Assembly: GCA_039714795.1 (NCBI GenBank)
Contig: JBDLIP010000001.1
Coordinates: forward strand, 1 to 47,328
Length of the DNA: 47,328 bases
Origin: Pseudomonadota bacterium
GTDB lineage: Bacteria > Pseudomonadota > Alphaproteobacteria > JAGOMX01
Direction: 5' to 3'
Shown: positions 10,508-19,091 of the stretch, in pieces
How the letters are laid out: each line of letters starts with the position of its first letter
Position numbering within the stretch: the first letter of the stretch is position 1
Notes under the pieces: model-generated
What the model was told of the DNA's origin: nothing
The model's database searches: none
The model's input: the letters and a program-made list of their open reading frames with translations, nothing else
Translations under genes and position numbers: made by a program

Positions 10508-11416
10508 CCAATCATGAATGATGGCAATCTGATTACGAGCCATTAAGGCAGGCGCGTGCCCAACGCCTTTAATTTCCACAACTTCTAACGAAGATGAGTG
10601 CATTGCTAGCATGCGTTCAACCGTCTCAGGCAATAAGATATCTGAGGTTTCTCCCCGCAATAGCAAGACTGGACAACGCACCTGATCCCAGTAATGCCAC
10701 ATTTCGCTTAAGGGAACTGCTTGAGTATGCATGTGCGCCAAACTTTGCCACACGGTTTTTGCCATTTTTGTCATTGCATGCCAGGCAGAAGCACCGTCTG
10801 TTAACCCGGCAAGAACATTTTGGTCATACGCCAATTCATAACGACCATCCTTACCCTTAAAGGTACTATGACGCGTTACATGCTGCCACTGAGTATCAGT
10901 CAACTTGCCAAAAGGCGCAAAAATCTTACGGAAATAGTTTTCAGCTTCTTGAAGATTTGAAAAAGTGGCCCGTTGCTGAACATAGCTCATAATCCGCCTT
11001 GTCCCAGCTAAGGGAATCATCGGCCCCACGTCATTAATGACTAACCTTCGAATCGGTGAATTCTGTTGCGCTGCCATAACCATTCCTATGAGCCCTCCCA
11101 TCGAAGTCCCAATCCAGTCAACCTGCGACACATCAACTCGAGCAATTAATGCTGTCATATCAGAGAGATATTGCGGGAACCCATACCCCTGTCCATGCGG
11201 CAGCCAATCACTTTTGCCGCGCCCAACAATATCCGGGCACACTAAACGGTAATCCTGGGAGAGGACCTTGGCCAGATAATCAAAGTCCCTGGAGTTGCGG
11301 GTAAGGCCGTGCACACACACTATCGTTTTGTCAAAATGCTGCTCGCCCCATTCAACATATGCAAGCCTGTGAAAGCCTGCTGGATTGATTCCAAGATAAT
11401 TCTTTTGTTGCATCAA
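10493..11416 (-). CDS. Alpha/beta-fold hydrolase
   Basis: 'VCVHGLTRNSRDF' oxyanion region, nucleophile elbow 'GTSMGG' and C-terminal 'GHAP'. Its 3' end overlaps the convergent rodA by 15 nt. Confidence 0.85.
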   Translation of the reverse strand: MMQQKNYLGINPAGFHRLAYVEWGEQHFDKTIVCVHGLTRNSRDFDYLAKVLSQDYRLVCPDIVGRGKSDWLPHGQGYGFPQYLSDMTALIARVDVSQVDWIGTSMGGLIGMVMAAQQNSPIRRLVINDVGPMIPLAGTRRIMSYVQQRATFSNLQEAENYFRKIFAPFGKLTDTQWQHVTRHSTFKGKDGRYELAYDQNVLAGLTDGASAWHAMTKMAKTVWQSLAHMHTQAVPLSEMWHYWDQVRCPVLLLRGETSDILLPETVERMLAMHSSSLEVVEIKGVGHAPALMARNQIAIIHDWLRST

Positions 11417-11441
11417 ATTTGCCTCAACTATGGCTTTAGAG

Positions 11442-11512
11442 TATTATAACTGTGCTGAATCGAAATGTTGAGTTTAATGATAGCGAGAAGCAGGCAGTCT
11501 ACAACTATAAAA
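11442..11512 (+). repeat. Left half of a MITE-like element (truncated)
   Basis: 'tattataactgtgctgaatcgaaatgttgagtttaatgatagcgagaagcaggcagtctacaactataaa' matches the left arm and part of the core. The right arm is missing. Confidence 0.65.
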
Positions 11513-11555
11513 GGAGTCCTGTCAACCTTGTGACAATGCACTGAATTGGTTAGAA

Positions 11556-11675
11556 TATACTGAAGTGAAATCAAAACCCTCTGTATCCTGATACGCTCGA
11601 AGTGCTCATTTACAATTGTAAACTGCGCGCTTCTCGCTATCATTAAACTAGAGGTTTTGATTTTACGAGAGTATA
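11556..11675 (-). mobile_element. MITE-like palindromic element (reverse orientation)
   Basis: 'tatactgaagtgaaatcaaaaccctct...gctcgaagtgctcatttacaattgtaaactgcgcgcttctcgctatcattaaactagaggttttgattttacgagagtata'. Full length. Confidence 0.85.
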
Positions 11676-11720
11676 TAGAGAAATTTCAAATAACAAATAA
11701 ATCACAGGAGAGCTTAACCT

Positions 11721-12908
11721 ATGTCCCAAGACCCCATTGTTATCGTCGCTGCTAAGAGAACCCCCGTTGGAGCCTTTCAAAGTGCTCTTAAAAATGTGAA
11801 AGCCACAACTTTAGGAAGTACTGCAATTAAAGGAGCGTTGGACAGCATTTCACTTTCTCCTGAAACAATCGATGATGTCATCATGGGCTGCGTATTGCCT
11901 GCAGGACTTGGACAAGCCCCTGCGCGTCAAGCCTGCATCAACGCTGGCCTTCCTAACTCTACCCGCTGTGTCACAATTAATAAGGTCTGTGGCTCAGGCA
12001 TGAAAGCCCTGATGTGTGGCTTTAACCAACTCCTTCTCAATCAAAGCGATGTTGTGGTTGCTGGTGGTATGGAAAGTATGACCAATGCTCCTTACTTGTT
12101 GCTAAAGGGTCGTGGTGGTTATCGCTTCGGCAACGATCAAATTTTTGACCACATGATGCTGGATGGTTTAGAAGATGCCTACGACGGTGGCGGACGTTCT
12201 ATGGGAATGTTTGGTGAAGACACAGCCCAAAAATATGGTTTCTCGCGCAAAGCACAAGACGCCTACGCCATTGAGACTGGAAAAAGAGCTCTTAATGCTG
12301 TGGAAAAAGGCTACTTTCAAGATGAAATCGTCCCAGTCACCTTCAAGGCACGAGGTAAAGAGGTTGTCATTAACCAGGACGAACCCCCCACCAAAGTAAA
12401 CTTTGAAAAAATTCCAACCCTGCGCCCCGCTTTTCGTAAAGATGGAACGCTGACAGCAGCAACATCCAGCTCATTAACTGATGGCGCTGCAGCTTTAATT
12501 CTTATGCGACAAAGTGATGCTGAAAAACAAGGTGTTACACCGCTTGCCATTTTCCACGGTCACGCCAGTCACTCACAAGAGCCAGAGTGGTTTACCACGG
12601 CTCCAATCGGAGCAATCAAAAAGCTCAGTCAAAGCCTTAACTGGCCACTCGAAGAGGTTGATCTGTTTGAAATCAATGAAGCCTTTGCCGTGGTCACCAT
12701 GGCCGCTATGAAAGATTTGGGCCTACCACAAGAGAAAGTCAATGTAAATGGAGGCGCATGTGCTTTAGGCCATCCCATTGGCGCCACAGGAGCCCGTCTT
12801 GTTGTCACATTGATCCATGCTCTCAAACAACGAAGCCTAAAAAAAGGTATTGCCTCTTTGTGCATCGGCGGCGGAGAAGGAACTGCCGTTGGCATAGAGG
12901 TGCTTTAA
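11721..12908 (+). CDS. Acetyl-CoA C-acetyltransferase (thiolase II)
   Basis: Nucleophile Cys 'NKVCGSGMKAL', 'NGGACALGHPIGATGARL' and 'CIGGGEGTA'. A good SD (aggag) lies upstream. Confidence 0.95.
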   Translation: MSQDPIVIVAAKRTPVGAFQSALKNVKATTLGSTAIKGALDSISLSPETIDDVIMGCVLPAGLGQAPARQACINAGLPNSTRCVTINKVCGSGMKALMCGFNQLLLNQSDVVVAGGMESMTNAPYLLLKGRGGYRFGNDQIFDHMMLDGLEDAYDGGGRSMGMFGEDTAQKYGFSRKAQDAYAIETGKRALNAVEKGYFQDEIVPVTFKARGKEVVINQDEPPTKVNFEKIPTLRPAFRKDGTLTAATSSSLTDGAAALILMRQSDAEKQGVTPLAIFHGHASHSQEPEWFTTAPIGAIKKLSQSLNWPLEEVDLFEINEAFAVVTMAAMKDLGLPQEKVNVNGGACALGHPIGATGARLVVTLIHALKQRSLKKGIASLCIGGGEGTAVGIEVL

Positions 12909-12992
12909 ATACCAAAGCATGCCTCATTCTTCTGTACCCTACTCAAGGATACTGATAGAATCAGGGGGTACGAGAAAAATTGAGACAGACAG

Positions 12993-13568
12993 ATGGCCAT
13001 TGAAGACAAATTGCCTAATTATCTAACTGGACGATTGATTGTTGCTATGCCGCAAATGCAGGATCCTCGGTTTGAGCACGCAGTTATTTTTATTTGCGGG
13101 CATGACGCCAATGGCGCCATGGGATTGGTCGTGAATAAGCTAGCTGATACTCTTACATTAAAGGACATTTTGCATCAGCTTGCGGTACATATTCCCTCTT
13201 TCAAGCGGAACGTTGAAGTACACCTTGGAGGGCCTGTGGAGATGGGACGCGGATTTGTCCTGCATAGCACGGAGTACTTGCAAGACTCAACGATTCGGAT
13301 CAACGAAGACTATGCCTTAACCGCCACAGTTGAGATTTTAAGGGATATTGCCATCAACAAGGGTCCCAAACAATGTGTTATGGCCCTTGGTTACACCAGC
13401 TGGAGCCCTGGTCAATTGGAAGAAGAGATCCAAGCCAACAGCTGGCTAGAACTTGACCCACAAAGTAATTTAGTCTTTTGTGAAGAAGTCAGCACCTGCT
13501 GGAAAAAAGCCATTGCTAGCCTAGGCATCGACCCCGGGATGCTTTCAGGTGATGCAGGTCACGCGTAA
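12993..13568 (+). CDS. YqgE/AlgH family protein (UPF0301)
   Basis: 'LIVAMPQMQDPRFEHAVIFICGHDANGAMGLVVNK' and 'LGGPVEMGRGFVLH' are typical of the family. Confidence 0.85.
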   Translation: MAIEDKLPNYLTGRLIVAMPQMQDPRFEHAVIFICGHDANGAMGLVVNKLADTLTLKDILHQLAVHIPSFKRNVEVHLGGPVEMGRGFVLHSTEYLQDSTIRINEDYALTATVEILRDIAINKGPKQCVMALGYTSWSPGQLEEEIQANSWLELDPQSNLVFCEEVSTCWKKAIASLGIDPGMLSGDAGHA

Positions 13569-13656
13569 ATCATACTCATAAAATATATTTACTGTTTAAT
13601 TACTTTATCGTGCCATTATATAATTGTAAATTTATTTAAATACACAGGAGATTGGC

Positions 13657-14457
13657 ATGAAAAAACTTACTTGGACATTTATACTAGCCGGAGTTTTGCT
13701 TATAGGATACAACCCAGCAAAAGCTACAATCCTAGAAAATCCTATTCAGCAAAGTTCTGAATTAAACAATGCAGACAATGTGAATGGGCTTATCTTAATT
13801 AAAGGAGGCAAAAACGGTGGTGAGGGAGGAAAATCCTTTCGCCAACATAGAAAAGGTAGAGGAGATCACAAAACATTCAGGAAACACAGAAGCAGAGGTG
13901 ACCATAAAGCCTACAGGCACCATAAAAGACAAGGGGGCAAAAAACATTTTAGTCACAGAAGAGGCGGAAAACAGAATTATGCCCACAAAAGGCACCGTGG
14001 AGACCGACATTACTCCCATAAAAGACATCGTGGAGACAGGCATTACGCCCATAAAAGACATCGTGGAGACAGGCATTACTCCCATAAAAGACATCGTGGA
14101 GACAGGCATTACGCCCATAAACGGCATCGTGGTGAGCGTCATTACGCTCGAAGAGGATATCATGGTGAACGTCGTCATGCACGCTGGGAAAAGGGCAATA
14201 AAGAAAAGCACGAGAACTGGAAGAATGGCTACTACCGCAATCATAAAAATGGCTACTACCGGAAGGGCAAAGGTAGCCGTGAGTATGAGGGAGATCCTTC
14301 TGAGTTTGAGGAAACTGAGATATTTGAAGGCGATGAGGTCAGTGATGAGGCAAGTGTTGAGCCTGAGGGAATCATTGAAGAGACCGGTAGAGGCCTGATG
14401 CAAAGAGCTCAAGATCGAGTCGTAGATGAAATGTTAAACCGCGTCCTACCACAATAA
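13657..14457 (+). CDS. Secreted, highly basic H/R/K-rich tandem-repeat protein with six RGD motifs and an acidic C-terminal tail
   Basis: SD 'aggag'. Signal peptide 'MKKLTWTFILAGVLLIGYNPAKA'. Five 11-aa units 'HKRHRGDRHY(S/A)'. Acidic tail 'EYEGDPSEFEETEIFEGDEVSDEASVEPEG'. I recognise no homologue. Confidence 0.75.
   Translation: MKKLTWTFILAGVLLIGYNPAKATILENPIQQSSELNNADNVNGLILIKGGKNGGEGGKSFRQHRKGRGDHKTFRKHRSRGDHKAYRHHKRQGGKKHFSHRRGGKQNYAHKRHRGDRHYSHKRHRGDRHYAHKRHRGDRHYSHKRHRGDRHYAHKRHRGERHYARRGYHGERRHARWEKGNKEKHENWKNGYYRNHKNGYYRKGKGSREYEGDPSEFEETEIFEGDEVSDEASVEPEGIIEETGRGLMQRAQDRVVDEMLNRVLPQ
13984..14148 (+). repeat. 33-bp tandem repeat x5 inside the CDS
   Basis: Units start at 13984, 14017, 14050, 14083 and 14116. 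Units 2-4 are identical except for one g/t (Ala/Ser). Unit 5 diverges (RGE). Confidence 0.95.
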
Positions 14458-14476
14458 TTATTGATTCGGTTTGCAA

Positions 14477-14595
14477 TATACTGAAGTGAAACCAAAACCT
14501 CTGTTTTCTGATAAGCTCGAAGTGCTCATTTACAATTGTAAACTGCGCGCTTCTCGCTATCATTAAACTAGAGGTTTTGATTTCACGAGAGTATA
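14477..14595 (-). mobile_element. MITE-like palindromic element (reverse orientation)
   Basis: Nearly identical to the 11556-11675 copy and full length. It begins 20 bp after the stop of the repeat-protein gene. Confidence 0.85.
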
Positions 14596-14720
14596 TACCA
14601 AGAGCCACCAAAAAGGAAAACTCCTTTCCTACCGGTGGCTCTTTGGTTTTTATGAATTGACAAATTGTTGCATAACAATACACTGGAAATCTAAGCAGTT
14701 CCCTGAAATATGGTAAAATT

Positions 14721-16349
14721 ATGATCAGTATTAATGATTTGTCTATGCATTATGGCGCCAAACTCTTGTTTGACGGCGTTAATCTAAACCTCAACTCTGG
14801 TGAGCGTTATGGTGTTGTAGGTGCCAACGGTACAGGAAAATCAACTTTCTTAAGGCTGCTGGCAGGTCAAGAAGACGCTAGCCTTGGTGATATTACCATT
14901 GCCAAATCAGCAAGTCTTGGGTGGCTGCACCAAGATCACTTTCAATACGAAAAAAATACTGTTATTGAAACCGTGCTACAGGGTCGCCCTGTTCTTTGGA
15001 GTGCACTACAGGAAAAAGAGCATCTGTTTGCCCAAGAAAACTGGACTGATGCCATGGGGTACCGCGTTGCCGAACTAGAAGAAGTGGTGGCCCAACAGGA
15101 TGGATACAGCGCAGAATCATTTGCCCAAACGCTCCTAACTGGTCTTGGCCTGGCCCAAAGCAAACATTTCCGGCCTATGTCAGAATTGTCAGGCGGCTAC
15201 AAACTGCGTGTCTTGCTTGCACAAGCTTTGTTTAATGACCCGGATATTCTTATTCTGGATGAGCCCACCAACCACTTGGATATCATGACCATTGCATGGC
15301 TGGAGTCATACTTGAAAAGAGATTTTCAAGGGTTGCTTATTTTTATCTCCCACGACCAGGACTTCCTCAATAATCTGGCAACCCAAATCCTGGATATTGA
15401 TTATGGCGAAATTCGTGCCTATACCGGTAACTACGACTATTTTCAAAAAGAGAAGCACGCGGTTGTGGAGCAAAAACTGCACATAAAGCAAAGTATGGAA
15501 AAGAAGATCGCACATATGCAACGCTTTGTTGACCGATTTCGCGCCAGCGCCAGCCGATCGAAACAAGCATTATCAAAACAACGTATGATTGAGCGCATGG
15601 AGCTGCCAGACATCAAAAAATCGTCTCGCATACATCCGAATCTTCAATTTAATATCAAGCGCCCATCTGGAAAAACCGTGCTGAAAGTAGAGAAAATCTG
15701 CAAGCGCTACAGCGACAAAGATGTCCTCAAAAATGTCAGTTTTGAAATCAACCGTGGAGAAAAAGTTGCCTTCATCGGCCACAATGGAATTGGTAAATCG
15801 ACCTTACTCAAATCCCTACTCAATCTCGTTTCCTTAGATTCGGGCACATTTATCTGGGGCCACGAAGCGTACTGTTCTTACTTTTCACAAAATCCAGACG
15901 AACTACTGCAAGATGATCATAGTATTTTGTCTTGGCTAAGCGCACAAAACCCCAAGGCAACCGATAGTGAAATTCGCGGCACACTTGGAATGGTTCTGTT
16001 CACTCAAGATGATGTGCACAAGAACATCCAAACCCTTAGTGGCGGGGAAGCCTCTCGCTTAGTGCTTGCCAAAGTCATGCTGGAGAAAAGCAACGTGCTG
16101 ATCTTGGATGAACCAACAAACCATCTTGACCTTGAAGCCATTGAATCTTTGAGCCGCGCTCTAAAAAAATTTGCGGGAACACTGCTACTGGTCAGCCATG
16201 ACAGACATTTTGTAACAAAAATCCCCAATAGGATCGTGTCTCTTACAGAATCTGGCTACAAGGATTTCAAGGGCAGCTACCATGAATATCTGGATTACTA
16301 TGGTGAAGATTATCTAAGCCGGACCTGGCTTAAGGTAAAAAAACAATAG
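14721..16349 (+). CDS. ABC-F family ATPase (translation-factor type, no TM domain)
   Basis: Two cassettes are present. Walker A motifs 'GANGTGKST' and 'GHNGIGKST'. Signature motifs 'LSGGYKLRVLLA' and 'LSGGEASRLVLA'. Walker B motifs 'ILILDEPTNHLD' and 'VLILDEPTNHLD'. A charged linker joins them. Confidence 0.93.
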   Translation: MISINDLSMHYGAKLLFDGVNLNLNSGERYGVVGANGTGKSTFLRLLAGQEDASLGDITIAKSASLGWLHQDHFQYEKNTVIETVLQGRPVLWSALQEKEHLFAQENWTDAMGYRVAELEEVVAQQDGYSAESFAQTLLTGLGLAQSKHFRPMSELSGGYKLRVLLAQALFNDPDILILDEPTNHLDIMTIAWLESYLKRDFQGLLIFISHDQDFLNNLATQILDIDYGEIRAYTGNYDYFQKEKHAVVEQKLHIKQSMEKKIAHMQRFVDRFRASASRSKQALSKQRMIERMELPDIKKSSRIHPNLQFNIKRPSGKTVLKVEKICKRYSDKDVLKNVSFEINRGEKVAFIGHNGIGKSTLLKSLLNLVSLDSGTFIWGHEAYCSYFSQNPDELLQDDHSILSWLSAQNPKATDSEIRGTLGMVLFTQDDVHKNIQTLSGGEASRLVLAKVMLEKSNVLILDEPTNHLDLEAIESLSRALKKFAGTLLLVSHDRHFVTKIPNRIVSLTESGYKDFKGSYHEYLDYYGEDYLSRTWLKVKKQ

Positions 16350-16370
16350 GAAACGTTGGACAAAATCGAC

Positions 16371-16432
16371 ATCCGGTATGATGGCCTGGAAGAATCAAAG
16401 TGCTTCTTATCCAAAACTCAGATTAACTTAGC
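16371..16432 (-). repeat. Second short dispersed repeat family (copy 1)
   Basis: The reverse complement 'gctaagttaatctgagttttggataagaagc...aggccatcataccggatg' aligns with 45362-45427. The first 27 nt match at 24 positions. It lies ~22 bp after the ABC-F stop. Confidence 0.55.
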
Positions 16433-16537
16433 TATTTTCTTATTCTTAAGCGAAGGAAAGTGCTTGAATGTAAAATCACAACATTGCATAATTAACTGTA
16501 AAATAAACTATAAGATCAAACAAGGGAAGTAAGAAAC

Positions 16538-16927
16538 TTGAGAGAACTCAATCATGCTTTGTGGCTTAGAATAGGCTTTGGAATTTTTCTGGGCGTATGG
16601 GGTACTGACCGGATTATCAGGGTAGACATGTGGGCAAGTGAGTCCTTGATGGGTCATTTTTATGGGAATCTGGGATTAATGCATGTCTTTGTCATATCGC
16701 TAGGAATTGCACAGTTGCTTATTGCACTCTCTTTTTTCACCAATTGTATGGTCAAGTACACTTCATTGCTATTGCTTGCGATGCTAACGGTTAGCACCGT
16801 TGTGACGATTTCTCCTTTGTGTCACTATTTGTTCCAGGGAGGAAATCCGATACCTGCCATCATTTTTGTTGACCATTTCCCATTATTGGCAGGTGGTTGG
16901 GCTATATTTGCCCATTCTAAATCCTAA
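16538..16927 (+). CDS. Small integral membrane protein (four predicted helices; DoxX-like is only a guess)
   Basis: 129-aa hydrophobic ORF with a TTG start preceded by 'gggaag'. No diagnostic motif. Its end overlaps the convergent atpF by 4 nt. Confidence 0.45.
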   Translation: MRELNHALWLRIGFGIFLGVWGTDRIIRVDMWASESLMGHFYGNLGLMHVFVISLGIAQLLIALSFFTNCMVKYTSLLLLAMLTVSTVVTISPLCHYLFQGGNPIPAIIFVDHFPLLAGGWAIFAHSKS

Positions 16928-17427
16928 GTCACAAGCAAATCCTTCTGGGAGCCTCCTGGCTTTAAATCTGCGATCGCTTGATCTATCAATTCTGTGTGCT
17001 GCTGGTCTCCAACCCCATCTTTCAAAATATCCTGACAGGCTTGTGTGGACACAAAAATTGCCTGACGCCTTATATCCTGTAGGGCCTGAGTTTCTGCATG
17101 CTGTATACGGTCATGTGCTAGGCGCTCACGACTTTTGAGAAAATGCTCGAGTTCTTGTTGTGATTCTTTACGAAAATTTTCTACCTGCAAGCGGGCGTGC
17201 TCGATGATTTCGTCAGCTTGCTTTTGCGCATCCATATGCTTTTTACGCACTTCTCCCAACAAAGCTTGTGCTTCCTCGCGCATGCGAATCGCGTCCTTGA
17301 TTTTCTCTTCAATCTTCAATCCGTGCTGGTCGAGGTAACCTGAAATAAATTTCCAAAACTTTTTCCCAACACCGAAAATGAAGATCAAAAAGGCCACAAG
17401 AAACCAAAACGTAGGATCGTGAAACAT
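16924..17427 (-). CDS. atpF: F0F1 ATP synthase subunit b
   Basis: N-terminal TM helix 'FWFLVAFLIFIFGV' followed by a long charged helix. It is the last gene of atpB-E-F'-F. Confidence 0.9.
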   Translation of the reverse strand: MFHDPTFWFLVAFLIFIFGVGKKFWKFISGYLDQHGLKIEEKIKDAIRMREEAQALLGEVRKKHMDAQKQADEIIEHARLQVENFRKESQQELEHFLKSRERLAHDRIQHAETQALQDIRRQAIFVSTQACQDILKDGVGDQQHTELIDQAIADLKPGGSQKDLLVT

Positions 17428-17432
17428 TGTGC

Positions 17433-17927
17433 TTAAAGGCCCCTTTCTTGCAAAGTCACGCCCACCGCTTTACTCACAACCAGATCAGAACTTTTTTCAT
17501 GCAACAAACGCTCAATGATTGTGTGAGTCATTTCTTGAGCCGCTTGGCTGAGTTCCTGATCTGCTGCACGTTTTTTCTCATCAATGCTTGCTTCTGCTGT
17601 TTTAATGCGAGATAACACCTCATCAGCAATGTCTTTTTTGCGGTGGGCTGTATCGAGACTCATTTCTTGCAATGAATTTAATGTAGAATAACTGGCATGC
17701 TGACGTGCACCTTGCAGGGTTTCTTCATACTCCTGGCGCAAGTTTTCAACATCCTTTTTGAACTCATCAGCTCGCAATTGGTTGCCTTCAACATTTTGCC
17801 AGCGAAGCTCTAGCAGTACCTCAATTCGCGGCACTGTAACCATCGAGACATATAGATACAGAATCGAAAAGCACACAAAGAGCCAAAACAGTTGAGAGCT
17901 ATAAGTACTGACATCAAGTTGGGGCAT
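17433..17927 (-). CDS. atpF2: F0F1 ATP synthase subunit b'
   Basis: 'MPQLDVSTYSSQLFWLFVCFSILYLYV' is a typical b' N-terminus, followed by a charged helix. The b/b' pair is typical of alphaproteobacteria. Confidence 0.88.
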   Translation of the reverse strand: MPQLDVSTYSSQLFWLFVCFSILYLYVSMVTVPRIEVLLELRWQNVEGNQLRADEFKKDVENLRQEYEETLQGARQHASYSTLNSLQEMSLDTAHRKKDIADEVLSRIKTAEASIDEKKRAADQELSQAAQEMTHTIIERLLHEKSSDLVVSKAVGVTLQERGL

Positions 17928-17930
17928 TTA

Positions 17931-18155
17931 TCACCCATAAAGGATCAGTACACCAATCACGAACGCAAACAACGCGATGGCTTCGGTAAAGGCGACACCA
18001 ATCAAGCTCATGAGGAACATCTCTGGCCTTGCTGATGGATTGCGGGCAATAGAGCTGACAAATGTGGCAAAAATATGTCCCACACCAAGTCCTGCTCCAA
18101 TGAGTCCTAACATAGCAAGACCCGCACCAATCATTTTCGCTGCACCAACTTCCAT
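17931..18155 (-). CDS. atpE: F0F1 ATP synthase subunit c
   Basis: 74-aa hairpin with 'ARNPSARPEM' as the loop and the proton-carrying Glu in 'AFTEAIALFAF'. Confidence 0.95.
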   Translation of the reverse strand: MEVGAAKMIGAGLAMLGLIGAGLGVGHIFATFVSSIARNPSARPEMFLMSLIGVAFTEAIALFAFVIGVLILYG

Positions 18156-18218
18156 CTTATCTTCTCCTTAGTTTGTCCTTACTCGATAAAAATTTCATAG
18201 TGAGATTGTGGCCTGGTT

Positions 18219-18941
18219 TCAATGCAAATGCAAGGCATCATGCAAATACAAACAGGTCAGCACCGTAAAAATAAATGCTTGGATACCGGCAACAAAAAAC
18301 TCAAAGCCTGTAAACACAACATTCAGCGCCAACGGGCCAATCCCCCACAAACCCAATGCAAAAGTAAATCCGCCAAAAATTTTTAAGATTACGTGGCCAG
18401 CAAGCATATTTGCAAAAAGGCGAACTGCTAATGTAACAGGCCGCGTGAAATAAGCCAATATTTCAATGGGAACCAAAATAGGCGTTACAGCCAAGGGAAT
18501 CCCTTCAGGACAAAACAGTCGCAAAAAACGCCAGCCATGTTTGACAAACCCAATGATGGTCACCAAAATAAAGACCATTAAGGCCAAAGCAAAGGTCACA
18601 ATTATGTGACTGGTGAAAGTAAAACTATAGGGCACCATACCAAGCAGATTGCCCATCAGCACAAACATGAAGAGGGAGAAAACAAAGGGAAAATACACCA
18701 GCCCTTCTCGCCCAGCATTTTCCTGGACCATCTGGGCTATGAACTCATAGCTCACCTCAACCAAGGATTGCCGGCGCGACGGAACTAAGGTTTTTTTAGC
18801 TAAACCAAAATGCAGCATGCCAATTACAAGTGCCGTACCTAAGACCATAAACAACGCTGAGTTGGTAAACGATATGTCAATACCAGCAAGCGAAAGCGCA
18901 ACGATAGGCTGAATTACGAATTGGTGCAGAGGATCATGCAT
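18219..18941 (-). CDS. atpB: F0F1 ATP synthase subunit a
   Basis: 'RPVTLAVRLFANMLAGH' contains the essential Arg. Polytopic, 240 aa. Confidence 0.95.
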   Translation of the reverse strand: MHDPLHQFVIQPIVALSLAGIDISFTNSALFMVLGTALVIGMLHFGLAKKTLVPSRRQSLVEVSYEFIAQMVQENAGREGLVYFPFVFSLFMFVLMGNLLGMVPYSFTFTSHIIVTFALALMVFILVTIIGFVKHGWRFLRLFCPEGIPLAVTPILVPIEILAYFTRPVTLAVRLFANMLAGHVILKIFGGFTFALGLWGIGPLALNVVFTGFEFFVAGIQAFIFTVLTCLYLHDALHLH

Positions 18942-19091
18942 AAAATAAAAGACAGTTGGTTGTTCATCATGGCTACCATTCTAACAAATTGATTGCAAAG
19001 CTCATAGTCTCAAGGAACCCTGTTCATGATTGTTCAGCAAAAATCACCAGATTATTATACCGGAAAGCGGGTGGTCTGAGGCCTTGCCTTG

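Noticed and set aside
11428-11643. Recurrent ORFs translating to 'MIARSAQFTIVNEHFE(R/L)IR...' or similar. They occur at 11428-11643(-), 14372-14683(-), 34224-34424(-), 38079-38357(+), and as the first 54 codons of 35189-36754(-). They look like a conserved small protein family.
   Set aside because: They are translations of the MITE-like repeat itself, with the same nucleotide core in each case. They have no consistent start or SD and different lengths and ends. They overlap real genes or sit in spacers. The repeat is conserved at the DNA level as a palindrome, not as a coding sequence.
13795-14412. Long overlapping ORFs on both strands across the RGD-repeat gene: 13795-14412(-), 13817-14398(+) and 13949-14182(-).
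   Set aside because: They are created by the 33-bp tandem repeat, which lacks stops in several frames. Only the 13657 frame has an SD, a signal peptide and non-repetitive termini.
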